Of a stretch of DNA of 32,000 bases, positions 22,701-32,000 are shown one piece after another (the stretch's first letter is position 1; each line of letters begins with the position of its first letter). This DNA is from Mycobacterium leprae TN (GTDB taxonomy: Bacteria > Actinomycetota > Actinomycetes > Mycobacteriales > Mycobacteriaceae). A program made the translations under genes and the position numbers. The stretch is from positions 1,890,001 to 1,922,000 of the forward strand of contig NC_002677.1 of NCBI RefSeq assembly GCF_000195855.1, written 5' to 3'. Below the pieces are notes generated by a model. It was given only the letters and a program-made list of their open reading frames with translations, ran no database searches and was not told the origin of the DNA.

Positions 22701-22789
22701 TGACCCGCCTTATTTGCTGGTTCTATCTCCTAAAGACCTCCTAAAGACGTGACAGCGACAGCTTGGAATCACTGGATCCACTACGTCTC

Positions 22790-23874
22790 GGTGGCCAGCT
22801 GACCACACCCCGGGCTGATCTCCCGACCTCAGGTGTCTCACACAGCGCAGGAGACTCGGTGCGACCAAACCCGACGGACGAACTCTCGCTCCACCACCTT
22901 AGGGCTGGCGTCCCATTCACTGCCCGAGGTCGGGTTGAACGGGATCAGTTCACATGCACCAACGACCAAAGAATAGGATGCAGCCACCTATCCAGTCAGT
23001 ATGTCGCGGCCCGCCGAGCTTGGTAGCTGACATCACGACTGAAGGAGTATTCAGCCGATACCCGCCAACCAGTCACTCCGGTATAGTAGTTGACGGTATC
23101 AAGTACCTCGCTGATCTTCCATCGGTTGTTGATCGGAACCAGGGTGTCACGCGGCTCGTCGTCGGGCACATACAGCGGCAACGCCAGAGTTACCCTGAGC
23201 CGTTCGTCGGCTAACTTGCGGATAGCCGGTGCCAGCCTACGGTGTACACCGTCACCGATCGGGGCTAGATTCCTAAGCCAAACGGTCCGGTGATGCGCCG
23301 CACCGCGGCCAACATCCTCACGTAGTGAGCCAGCGGCTCTCCCATACCCAGAAAGACCACGTTCGACAGTCGATCACCGAAGTCGTCACGCAACACCGCA
23401 GCAATAGCACGCACCTACTCGAGGATCTCCGCTGACGACAAGTTGCGACTCAATCCGCCCTAGCCAGTGACACAGAACAGACAGGCCATGCCTCAGCCTA
23501 CCTGCGACGAAATACACAGCGTATTGTGCAGCGGATAACGCATCAGCACCGATTCGAAAGTGCGGCCATCGAAGACCCGCCACCACCATCTTCCGACGTC
23601 TAGTCGGTATCACAGGTCACTGCGGCCACCGCAGTGAGCAATGTCGGGAACATAGTGTCGGCAATCGAATCGCGAACGGCCGCCGGGAGATCGGATCTGG
23701 CACGGATCCAGCTAGCAGCCGGCCGTAGTACTTGCGTGGGACAAGCTGCTTGGCCCGGAAAGCCAGCAGGCTCAGCTCCGCCATGGCCGATGTGAGACCG
23801 ACCGCGTCGAGGTCGGCCAAGTGCCACGGCAGTCGGCCTGGACACGGCTCAGAGAACACCAACTCTTGGGCCAT
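22790..23874 (-). pseudogene. rlmN: Dual-specificity RNA methyltransferase RlmN (radical SAM) pseudogene
   Basis: [84 protein letters not shown] and [42 protein letters not shown]. Multiple nonsense codons and frame changes. Confidence 0.9.
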
Positions 23875-23896
23875 AATCTGTCCGGTACCAGCCTTG

Positions 23897-24835
23897 TCAG
23901 GGCAGCAACGTAAGCATGGTCCAAGCTACAACCGCCGACGGCAGCACACCATCAAGCCGGTCCATCAGGCCACCGTGGCCGGGTAGCAGCCGGCCCATAT
24001 CTTTGATGCCGAGGTCGCGCTTAACTTGGGACTCCACCAAATCCCCCAGCGTGCAGGTGAGCACCAGTACAAAACTGAGCAAAGCCCCAACCCACGGTGT
24101 TTTGCCAGCCAGGAAGGTAGCAGTCAGGATGGTTGCGGTGGTCCCGCAGACCAGCGAACCGGCGAATCCCTCCCAGGACTTATTCGGGCTAATCCTTGGA
24201 ACCAGTGGATGTTTGCCGAAAAGTACCCCTACTGTGTAACCACCCACATCGGAAGCTACCACCGCAATCATCAGGCAGAATACCCGGCCCGCACCATCCT
24301 TCGGATAAACCAGCAATGCTGCGAACGAGGCAAACAACGGGACCCACGCGGCCAAAAAAACGGTGGCCGACGCGTCCCGCAGGTAATTTGACACCGGCGG
24401 ACCTGCCAAAGCTTCCCGAGATTCGTGCTGCTTGCTGTTGTCGTGCATGACAAGCCGCCAAATCATGCAGACCACCACCGTCGCACCGAAGCCAGCCAAT
24501 GCACCAACGGTGCGATACGGCCAAGTTAACCAGACGGTGAACTGCCCACCGATGAGCAGCGGGATAGCCGGAATCACATATCCAGCTTCCCGTAGCCGCC
24601 GCACCACCTCATGGCTAGCAACGAAAATGGCGCCAGCGCACAAGACAACCCAGATTCGCGGAGCAAACACCAGCGTTGCGACGAGAACACCACCAATACT
24701 TAAGCCCACCGCGATCGCGGCGGGCAGATTACGTCCCGCCCGGGGGGTATTCTTAGTCGATTGCCGCATAGCCCTCTTGATCCCAGGCACCGACTCGTCA
24801 AGCGGGGTGCCTGTGCCGGGATCGGTGGAAGCCAC
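23897..24835 (-). CDS. cdsA: Phosphatidate cytidylyltransferase (CDP-diacylglycerol synthase)
   Basis: Intact ORF with C-terminal CDS signature [33 protein letters not shown]. Probable GTG start at 24835; the track ORF extends to 24913 and would overlap frr. Confidence 0.94.
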   Translation of the reverse strand: MASTDPGTGTPLDESVPGIKRAMRQSTKNTPRAGRNLPAAIAVGLSIGGVLVATLVFAPRIWVVLCAGAIFVASHEVVRRLREAGYVIPAIPLLIGGQFTVWLTWPYRTVGALAGFGATVVVCMIWRLVMHDNSKQHESREALAGPPVSNYLRDASATVFLAAWVPLFASFAALLVYPKDGAGRVFCLMIAVVASDVGGYTVGVLFGKHPLVPRISPNKSWEGFAGSLVCGTTATILTATFLAGKTPWVGALLSFVLVLTCTLGDLVESQVKRDLGIKDMGRLLPGHGGLMDRLDGVLPSAVVAWTMLTLLP

Positions 24836-24866
24836 GGACCTGAATGAATTAGCTGCTGAACGGCCG

Positions 24867-25424
24867 CTAGACCTCCAGCAGCTCACCTTCTTTGTGCTTG
24901 ACCAGTTCGTCAATCTGGATAACGTACTGGTGGGTGGTCTTATCTAGGTCCTTTTCCGCCCGGCTGACCTCATCTTCGCCTGCCTCGCCATCTTTACGAA
25001 TGCGATGCAGTTCCTCCATCACTTTGCGACGGATGTTGCGTACCGAGACTTTGGCGTCCTCCCCCTTGCACTTGGCCTGTTTGACCAACTCCCGCCGACG
25101 TTCCTCGGTTAGCTGCGGTACGGCTACCCGGATCAAGGTACCGTCGTTACTAGGGTTCACCCCGAGGTCGGAGTTACGAATAGCAGTTTCAATGGCATGC
25201 AGCTGAATGGCGTCATACGGCTTGATGACAACAAGCCTCGCCTCAGGTACATTAATGCTGGCCAGCTGGGTGATCGGGGTGGCCGAGCCATAATAATCAA
25301 TGACGAGTCGAGAGAACATACCTGGATTGGCGCGGCCGGTCCGAATCATCGACAAATCTTCACGCGCCACCGAAACAGCCTTCTCCATTTTCTCTTCTGC
25401 ATCGAAAAGAGCTTCATCGATCAT
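24867..25424 (-). CDS. frr: Ribosome recycling factor
   Basis: Intact 185-aa ORF: [25 protein letters not shown] ... [35 protein letters not shown]. Confidence 0.97.
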   Translation of the reverse strand: MIDEALFDAEEKMEKAVSVAREDLSMIRTGRANPGMFSRLVIDYYGSATPITQLASINVPEARLVVIKPYDAIQLHAIETAIRNSDLGVNPSNDGTLIRVAVPQLTEERRRELVKQAKCKGEDAKVSVRNIRRKVMEELHRIRKDGEAGEDEVSRAEKDLDKTTHQYVIQIDELVKHKEGELLEV

Positions 25425-25482
25425 TCGCGCCGTTCCTCCTCATCGCTGCGCTCTGCATCGTCACCGGCGCGGCGTCTTTGCC

Positions 25483-26322
25483 TTAAGTGGTAACCAACGT
25501 CCCGATCTTCTCACCAGCGACCGCACGGGCGATATTGCCATTGGTCAGCAGATTGAACACCAGGATCGGCATGCCATTGTCCATACAAAGACTGAACGCT
25601 GTGGCATCAGCTACCCGAAGCCCACGGTCGATTACTTCGCGGTGACTGATCGCGGTGAGTAGCTCGGCCTCCGGGTTGACCCGCGGATCCTCGACGAACA
25701 CACCGTCGACCGCCTTGGCCATCAACACAACGTCCGCGCCGATCTCCAGTGCCCGCTGCGCTGCCGTGGTATCAGTGGAGAAGTACGGAAGCCCCATGCC
25801 TGCACCGAAAATTACCACCCGGCCCTTCTCTAAGTGGCGGACAGCCCGCAAAGGAAGATAAGGCTCAGCCACCTGGCCCATGGTGATCGCAGTTTGAACT
25901 CGGGTGGCGATGCCTTCTTTTTCCAGGAAGTCCTGCAGTGCAAGGCTGTTCATCACAGTACCGAGCATGCCCATGTAATCCGAACGCGTGCGCTCCATCC
26001 CACGCTGTTGCAATTGTGCGCCGCGGAAAAAGTTGCCACCGCCGATCACGACAGCGACCTGCACGCCGCCGCGGACCACCTCGGCGATCTGGCGGGCCAC
26101 CTGCGCCACAACATCGAGATCCAGCCCTACCTGGCCTCCACCGAACATTTCTCCGCCAAGTTTAAGCAGCACCCTCGAATACTTAGACCGATGCCCCGGG
26201 TTACCAGCATGGTTGAGCCGTTCTCCACGGCCCGCTGCAGCAGCCGACACACCATTGGCGCTCATCAGCTGTGGCTTGGGAACCGCCGAGCCGGCGACTT
26301 GAGACTCCCAGGACTCCGTCAT
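25483..26322 (-). CDS. pyrH: Uridylate kinase
   Basis: Intact ORF: [73 protein letters not shown]. Start at ATG 26322 (MTESWESQ) is preferred over the longer ORF start at 26406. Confidence 0.96.
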   Translation of the reverse strand: MTESWESQVAGSAVPKPQLMSANGVSAAAAGRGERLNHAGNPGHRSKYSRVLLKLGGEMFGGGQVGLDLDVVAQVARQIAEVVRGGVQVAVVIGGGNFFRGAQLQQRGMERTRSDYMGMLGTVMNSLALQDFLEKEGIATRVQTAITMGQVAEPYLPLRAVRHLEKGRVVIFGAGMGLPYFSTDTTAAQRALEIGADVVLMAKAVDGVFVEDPRVNPEAELLTAISHREVIDRGLRVADATAFSLCMDNGMPILVFNLLTNGNIARAVAGEKIGTLVTT

Positions 26323-26605
26323 CAGACTCCTCGCATGACAATTGCCACCCCGGGCCACCATCCGGAACGGCATTTGACATCCTGCCCCATCACCACACTC
26401 AAGCATGAACGGGGTGCATTATCTGCACAATTGCCAACCTATGCCAACGTCGTTCGTCTAGGGACAAGCCAACCCACAACAGCCAACTTTGCGGTTAGCA
26501 TCAGATGTTTGGGTGTCGCCCGGTATGGGAACCCGCTGCAACGCGGCGCAGAATCCATGGTCTTAAGAATGAGAGCCGTGAAGCGCCGTATAAGCCGTAG
26601 AACGG

Positions 26606-26651
26606 GAACGATCGACACCTCGATAGAGAACGATCGACACCTCGATAGAGA
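26606..26651. repeat. 22-nt tandem duplication (2 copies)
   Basis: gaacgatcgacacctcgataga / gaacgatcgacacctcgataga + ga. Confidence 0.9.
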
Positions 26652-26699
26652 TTGAATGTGACTAGCCCGAACCGCACGTCGGTTGAGAAGAAAAACCAT

Positions 26700-26941
26700 G
26701 GCGGATGTCACCAACACGTTAGCTACTGAAGCTGTCAAGGCATTGACATCTATACCAAAGGCAAGTTCAAGGAGGCCGTAGCTATGGGCGGGTTACGACG
26801 ACATCACTATCACTCGCGAGGACCAGGCTCAGCAAGACAAGGCGCAGGCACTACACAACGCGGCGAAAAAGAAAGCCGAAGCAGCGGCCGCCTGTGGCAG
26901 CGTCAAGGCAGCCGAGCGTGACCGCAGTCCCACCAAATAGC
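26700..26941 (+). pseudogene. CsbD-like / microaggregate-binding-protein-like small charged protein pseudogene
   Basis: Translation in shifted frames: KGKFKEAV... then DDITITREDQAQQDKAQALHNAAKKKAEAAAACGSVKAAERDRSPTK*. Confidence 0.55.
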
Positions 26942-27166
26942 TTGACGGAAGGATGGGTCCTGCCCGAAAACGGGGCGGACCCATCGACTTTCTACCAGCT
27001 TGAACAAATGTCCGAAAAAGCGAGTTCAGCTCACCACGCTAGGCGCCGAACACGTTAAACCAAACTTGGAGTAATTCTACTGTAACTGGGTAACCTACGC
27101 TGCATTAGTAGAAACCTCCTCAAAGACACCTACAGACCAGAGCTAAATAGCATACACTAATGGAGT

Positions 27167-27944
27167 TTGGATATGGCTACGATATATGTTACTACTTTTT
27201 CGGGTAAGGACGAATTCGAATCGATCGAACCTACACTGAACTCGTTCGCGCAAACCATCCACCAAGCATCCCTGACTGAACGCTTCACCAGGGACGACTA
27301 CGGCGACGACGTCGCGGTCATATACGCCCGCAACAAGTTGGCGGTGGCTCGCCGGGTGTACCGGCCTGCTGATGGGTCATGCGCTAATTGTGGCGGGTGG
27401 TAGCGACCGTGACCCTAGCTAACTTCATGCCCGTTGACGTCGATTGGCATTTCGACGATGCGCTGCTGCCTGCGGCCAGTGCGACCGAGTTGCAGGCACG
27501 TCTGCGGCTCGCGGCCACACGTCGTCGCAGTGCCCTGGATTGCACGCTGAAATTTTGGTGATCTCGTCCTTCACCCAACCAATTACAGCGGAACACTGTA
27601 AGGTAAGGATTCGGTCCTGATTACTCATCGAATTTAAATTATTGAATATCCTTGCGCAGCATCCCGATCGGTCATTGACCCGTACCCGGCTGATGCATGA
27701 AATATGGAGCTATGACTGCAACGATCGTATTCGTACAGTAGGCGTTCATGTGCGACGACTGCAAGCTAAGCTTGGAGTCGAGCACGAATCGATGGTTACC
27801 ACCGTTCACGGTGTGGGCTATATGGCCGATGATACCTCCGCAACCGCAATGGATTATCCGCGAACCGATGCAGAGTATCGTCTGGACATCGACGCCGCAC
27901 TGGAGCTTGATCGCTCGATAGATTTGTTCCCGCAAACACTTTGA
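27167..27944 (+). pseudogene. OmpR/GlnR-like transcriptional regulator pseudogene (Rv2884-like)
   Basis: DVAVIYARNKLAVARRVYRPADG; FMPVDVDWHFDDALLPAASATELQARLRLAATRRRSALD; L(K)[63 protein letters not shown]. Winged-helix C-terminus, split over frames. Confidence 0.75.
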
Positions 27945-28779
27945 CGAACCCGGATGCGGCACAGACAGTGCATAACCGGTCCAGCTGTGCGGCAGCGAAT
28001 TAGGCTCGGTGACTGATCGGGCGCTAGGCTTTTAGGGGACCCGTTCTTTGTCCAGACGAGTATGTCCTGCATGCCATCGTTGTATACAACGTTCATTCGG
28101 GGATGCACCCAATCAAGTCGAAATAAATCTTCACCGTTCGCTTAGCCACCCTGGTTAATCGGCGCGGGACTAAGACCGTCGGGCGTAGACAAGGCGCTGA
28201 TCACTCAAGGTCCGATCGTCGTTAGTCCGCACATTGAAGTCGGAAACAACGGAAGTGACTAGGCCATTGGTCACTCGCGCATCCTATGTCGTCCTGCCAA
28301 AGCTGTCCTTGCAGCGTGTAAGCCAGGGAGAGATGACGTTGCTGGCAGTAGGTTGCTGACGGTAAAAGATAGTTACGAGCGGGCCGTCAACCAGCGTTTC
28401 GCTGGCGTCAAAGCTCCGAGTTACGATAATTTCGGCAGTAGCCACCGTAGTGAAACCACCGAAAGCTGCAATCCTGGCCGCTCCGGCCGCCAATTTAATG
28501 GCTGCCTTCGTAAGATAAGAATAGTCGTGAACTTCATTCAAACACCTCTCAGTTGAATCGCTCGAGCAATTCTTTCCAACAATTATTACCCCCCTCGCAC
28601 GAGCGACCACCTAACCGTAACGTCCATTACCATTTCCGGTAGAACTCAAACATCAATCCGCTGATGGAATGAGGGGGATATCGGCTCCTTGTGTCTCGTT
28701 CCAGGCACACATGCTCAGGATTAGCTTGCCAGGATTCCTTGGAAGGCGAGCCAAATTAATGCGTAAACGTTGACATTTA

Positions 28780-30330
28780 ACATACCAGCTCCTTCGACAA
28801 AAACACCGCTGGGCTGATGATGGACCCGGCCGGCACAGCCGCCAAGACGAACACCGTCATGTACGCCTGTGAGAGGTCATACAGCACGTTGCTGGTGAAG
28901 TTGAGTGCAAAAGTTGGCCACAGCATGGTGGACGGGGAGACTGGCACGACACGCTTAGCAGTGTTAGTTTGCAACGCTGCCAATTTGTATGCAGCAGAGG
29001 TATTTTCGCTGCGGTTGAACTGGTTGGTGAGAAGCATAGACATCAGCGTGGCACCCAGTGGCCTGCTGGTTTACGCTAATTAGCGTCGAGCGCCGCGTGA
29101 CCTGATGTGGGACCAAGGTCTGCACCGCCGCCCAAGTGAGGGAGTCCATACCCATGAACGCAAGCCCTATAGCAAGGTCGGTAAGTAGTCTAGGCTTGCC
29201 CGGCGGATCCGTAGGCTATCATGGCCAGGTGCTCGCCAATCAGCGTTATGCAGTACCAGCACGACCTTACGGGGGCCGTATTTGCCCATGACGGCTCTGG
29301 CGAGGGACATGGCCGCTAGCCTACACGCATTCCTACCGAATCAAGTACACACCGGACTGTGGTAGGTGTTTGGCGTTCCACCTGTTGCAACAAATAGCTA
29401 GAGATGAGCAACAGGATGTTGAAAAGGTTTACAGTGAGCAATACCAACTCCGAGTTGGCAAGCATCACCACACGGTTCTTGAACAGCCGTACGTCGATCA
29501 GCGAATGATCGGCGCGACAGTAATAGAGTTGAAAACGAATCCGGTGATCAACGCCAGACCGATGCCCTACGGTATCCACACGCGGGGATCAGCCATTGAA
29601 CCGTGACTCGGAATAGATGACACTCCGTAAAGGAACATCGCCAAGCTGAACAACAGCAGCATGCCTATAAAGGCAAACGGTGCCGATAGCATCGAATGCT
29701 CCTTTGGAACAACAACGCCGCCAAGAAGAACGCGGTCGAGTCGATCTGCAGGTTGATCCAGAAGATCCACTGCCAGCTGTAGGTGTAGATCAACCAGCCG
29801 TCCAGTACCGTGAACTCCAACCGGACCGATCAACACCGGTATGCTCATCAACCCATTAAGCGGACCCAATCGACTAGGACCGATGTTTCTGGTCAACATG
29901 GCTAGGGGAAGCGGAATCAGAATCCCACTGACGAGTCTCTGAACTATTAGAAATATGAAAATATGAAATGAGTGCAAAGATATTTGACGAGGTGAGGCAC
30001 AGCAATGAGCCCAGTGTGAATACGAGGACAGACCCCATGAATAGTTGCTGGAACCTAATCGGTCAGCAACTCAACCTGCCCATGGGATCATGGCGGCCCG
30101 CGCAAGTGTGTAACCGGTCATCGTCCAGGCAACGGCAGCCTGCGTGGACTCGAACACGCAAATGTAAGGTGCACTGTGCAACGCTGACAACCATGGTGTC
30201 GAGGTTCGACAGGAATAAAACCAACACACACACCGACGATCCGGAGCAGCCCGGCGTCCAGCTTGCTGGATAGCTATATTCTCCGACATCTGACTGTTTG
30301 ATGCCGGTGGCGGTTAGCGAGCCGAAGGTT
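28780..30330 (-). pseudogene. DHA2-family (EmrB/QacA-type) MFS drug transporter pseudogene
   Basis: Minus strand: TQAAVAWTMTGYTLARAAMIPWAG; GPSRLGPLNGLMSIPVLIGPVG; FAFIGMLLLFSLAMFLYGVSSIPSHG; HSLIDVRLFKNRVVMLAN; LISVNQQATG; MSMLLTNQFNRSENTSAAYKLAALQ. Multiple frames. Confidence 0.82.
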
Positions 30331-30438
30331 GCTGCAGGATGCGCCTTCTCCATAGCCCTGCTGGGGATATCGACCCCACGACCGGCGTGCACCCAAGGAC
30401 ACAATCTCGCCTCAAAATGTTGAGGTAACGCAAAAAAT

Positions 30439-30495
30439 GCGTCAACACACCGGATATATGTCAACATTGTTGACATATATCCGGTGTGTTGACGC
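30439..30495. repeat. Perfect inverted repeat, 28-bp arms, 1-nt centre
   Basis: gcgtcaacacaccggatatatgtcaaca t tgttgacatatatccggtgtgttgacgc. Confidence 0.97.
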
Positions 30496-30910
30496 GCCAC
30501 TCCGTTACCTACCCTCTCGGGCGGGAGCCGCTTGTACGACCAGAAATTTCCGCCGTAATGCGTTCGGCTCAGCCTTACGCTCCCGAATTCTTTTGCCTAC
30601 ATATGCTGTCGACGTCTTCTGGCCTGTCGAGCGCCAAACTGTCACGTAACACAGGCATCACACCACAGGTTATAAATATCATTTATAAATACCATACTGC
30701 GCAAACCGGAAGACACTGACGTTGTGGCACGTCCCGCGTTGGCGTCCTCCGAGTGTGCACTACTAGCGACGCTGACCGGTCCGAGGGGCGCCTTGTTGAA
30801 ACACGCGGATAGTGCGATCCGCATAGCTGATGGCCGCATCTTAGACAAACTGGGTGCACCGCAGCAGCGTGAGTTCAAGCGAATGCTCTACCAGCTCGGA
30901 TCCAACTGAC
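30490..30910 (+). pseudogene. MarR family transcriptional regulator pseudogene (Rv2887-like)
   Basis: DAPLRYLPSRAGAA / LVRPEISAVMRSAQPYAPEFFCLHMLSTSSGLSSAKLSRNTGITPQVIN ... ALLATLTGPRGALLKHADSAIRIADGRILDKLGAPQQREFKRMLYQLGSN*. At least two frameshifts. Confidence 0.85.
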
Positions 30911-30912
30911 AG

Positions 30913-32000
30913 CTAGTCGCCAATTTGAATCCGCGCCCACGGCCGAGCCTCTTCGAGTTCAAATGCCAGTTCCAATAGTTGCGCTTCCTGACCAAAGTCA
31001 GCGGTGAACATCATGCCCACCGGCATACCATCAGCGGATTGGGCCAACGGCAGCGAAATCGCCGGCTCCCCAGTGACGTTTTGCAACGGAGTGAAAGCGA
31101 CCCAGCCCATCAGCCGGTCCATCACCTGCTGATAGTCGGTGGGAGTGAGGTACCCTATCCGCGGTGTCTCGTCAGCGACCGTTGGAGTAAGTAATACATC
31201 GTAGGTAGCGAAAAAGTCAGCGGTGCGACGCCGCAGCCTACGCAAACGCATGATTGCCTTGGGGAGCCGGTGCATGTTGCGGCTGGCGTGGCGATCCAGG
31301 CCCAGCGTCAAACTGTCCAGCTTGGTGCGGTCGAACGTGTTGCCGAACGCGAGCCGGCCGGTCCGCACCTGCATCGCCGCCAACAGTCCCCAATACAGCA
31401 GGAAATCGTCCGGGAAATTAGGCGGCACCGGGGGCTCGGCAACCCGTTCGACGCGATGGCCCAGCTCCTCGAGCAGCCTAGCCGACTTCAGTGTGAGCTC
31501 GCGTAGTTCGGGGCTACACTCGCGCTGAACCGAACGCGTCACCACGGCAATCCGAAGCCGTTGCCGACCGGGCTGCGTGACGTCTCCGACCGGCGGCAGC
31601 TTGGGGTTGTGCCAAATACGCTCAGCCTCTCTATAGAAGGCCGCAGTGTCCCGCACCGAGCGGGTCAGCACGCCGTTGACTACGATGCCCACCGGAAGCC
31701 GGCGCAGCTCGGAATCCAGCGGCAATCGTCCGCGTGACGGCTTGAGCCCGACAAGCCCGTTGCAGGAGGCCGGAATACGAATCGACCCGCCACCATCGTT
31801 GGCGTGCGCCATCGGGACTACACCGGCGGCGACGAACGCACCCGATCCCGAAGACGAGGCCCCGGCAGTGTAGTCGGTGTCCCATGGGTTGCGAACCGGC
31901 CCTAGACGCATATGTTCAGCGGAGGCGCTGAACCCGAATTCTGACAACTGCGTCTTGCCCAAAGATACCGGTCCGGTGGCCAAATACAGCCGGGTGAACT
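30913..32000 (-). CDS. amiC: Amidase (amidase signature family; Rv2888c/AmiC-like), 5' end beyond the window
   Basis: Open frame with YTAGASSSGSGAFVAAGVVPMAHANDGGGSIRIPASCNGLVGLKPSRGR, the Gly/Ser-rich amidase signature. It continues past 31983. Confidence 0.88.
   Translation of the reverse strand, partial: FTRLYLATGPVSLGKTQLSEFGFSASAEHMRLGPVRNPWDTDYTAGASSSGSGAFVAAGVVPMAHANDGGGSIRIPASCNGLVGLKPSRGRLPLDSELRRLPVGIVVNGVLTRSVRDTAAFYREAERIWHNPKLPPVGDVTQPGRQRLRIAVVTRSVQRECSPELRELTLKSARLLEELGHRVERVAEPPVPPNFPDDFLLYWGLLAAMQVRTGRLAFGNTFDRTKLDSLTLGLDRHASRNMHRLPKAIMRLRRLRRRTADFFATYDVLLTPTVADETPRIGYLTPTDYQQVMDRLMGWVAFTPLQNVTGEPAISLPLAQSADGMPVGMMFTADFGQEAQLLELAFELEEARPWARIQIGD

Noticed and set aside
22724-22748. 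Short direct repeat cctaaagac / cctaaagac
   Set aside because: Two short imperfectly bounded copies, consistent with chance or minor slippage. Not enough for a feature.
22476-22752. Plus-strand ORFs of 64 and 72 aa
   Set aside because: Antisense to the mpt53-like remnant, with no supporting features.
24432-24947. 171-aa plus-strand ORF
   Set aside because: Antisense to cdsA, no domain signal.
25834-26655. 273-aa plus-strand ORF
   Set aside because: Antisense to pyrH, with low-complexity composition. Treated as a shadow ORF.
30063-30649. Opposite-strand ORFs sharing the peptide RQHTGYMST.LTYIRCVDA
   Set aside because: The shared peptide is a by-product of the perfect palindrome at 30439..30495 read on both strands, not a duplicated gene.
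1-32000. CRISPR array, prophage, tRNA/rRNA or intact transposase
   Set aside because: No regularly spaced repeats, cloverleaf-like tRNA sequence, integrase/transposase motif or phage structural gene was recognised by eye in the supplied sequence or ORF track.

Overview
This window looks like a Mycobacterium leprae chromosomal segment, or one from a very close relative. The inference rests on recalled sequences and gene order, because no database search was possible. A few intact genes sit in a landscape dominated by decayed mycobacterial genes. Intact reading frames, all on the minus strand unless noted: a class-I-glutamine-amidotransferase/PuuD-like peptidase (8983..9852), methionine aminopeptidase (10886..11743), a penicillin-binding protein (11935..13761), the ispG / rip1-type site-2 protease / dxr cluster (15761..19435), a small membrane protein on + (19590..19844), cdsA-frr-pyrH (23897..26322) and an amidase cut by the window end (30913..). 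Pseudogene remnants with recognisable motifs: Mg-chelatase-like protein, mqo, alpha/beta hydrolase, mycothione reductase, nickel transporter, type I phosphodiesterase-like protein, glutamine synthetase, RelBE-type toxin-antitoxin pair, GNAT acetyltransferase, DUF4097-like protein plus HicB-type RHH protein, CcdA-like protein, an Mpt53-like secreted thioredoxin-fold protein, rlmN, a CsbD-like protein, a GlnR-like regulator, and a DHA2 MFS efflux pump divergent from a MarR regulator. No CRISPR, phage or clearly novel defence system was found. The most striking structures are two long, nearly perfect inverted repeats. One (22429..22501) duplicates in inverse orientation the CxxC active-site codons of the mpt53-like pseudogene. 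The other (30439..30495) runs into the 5' end of the marR-like pseudogene, on the side facing the divergent efflux-pump remnant.
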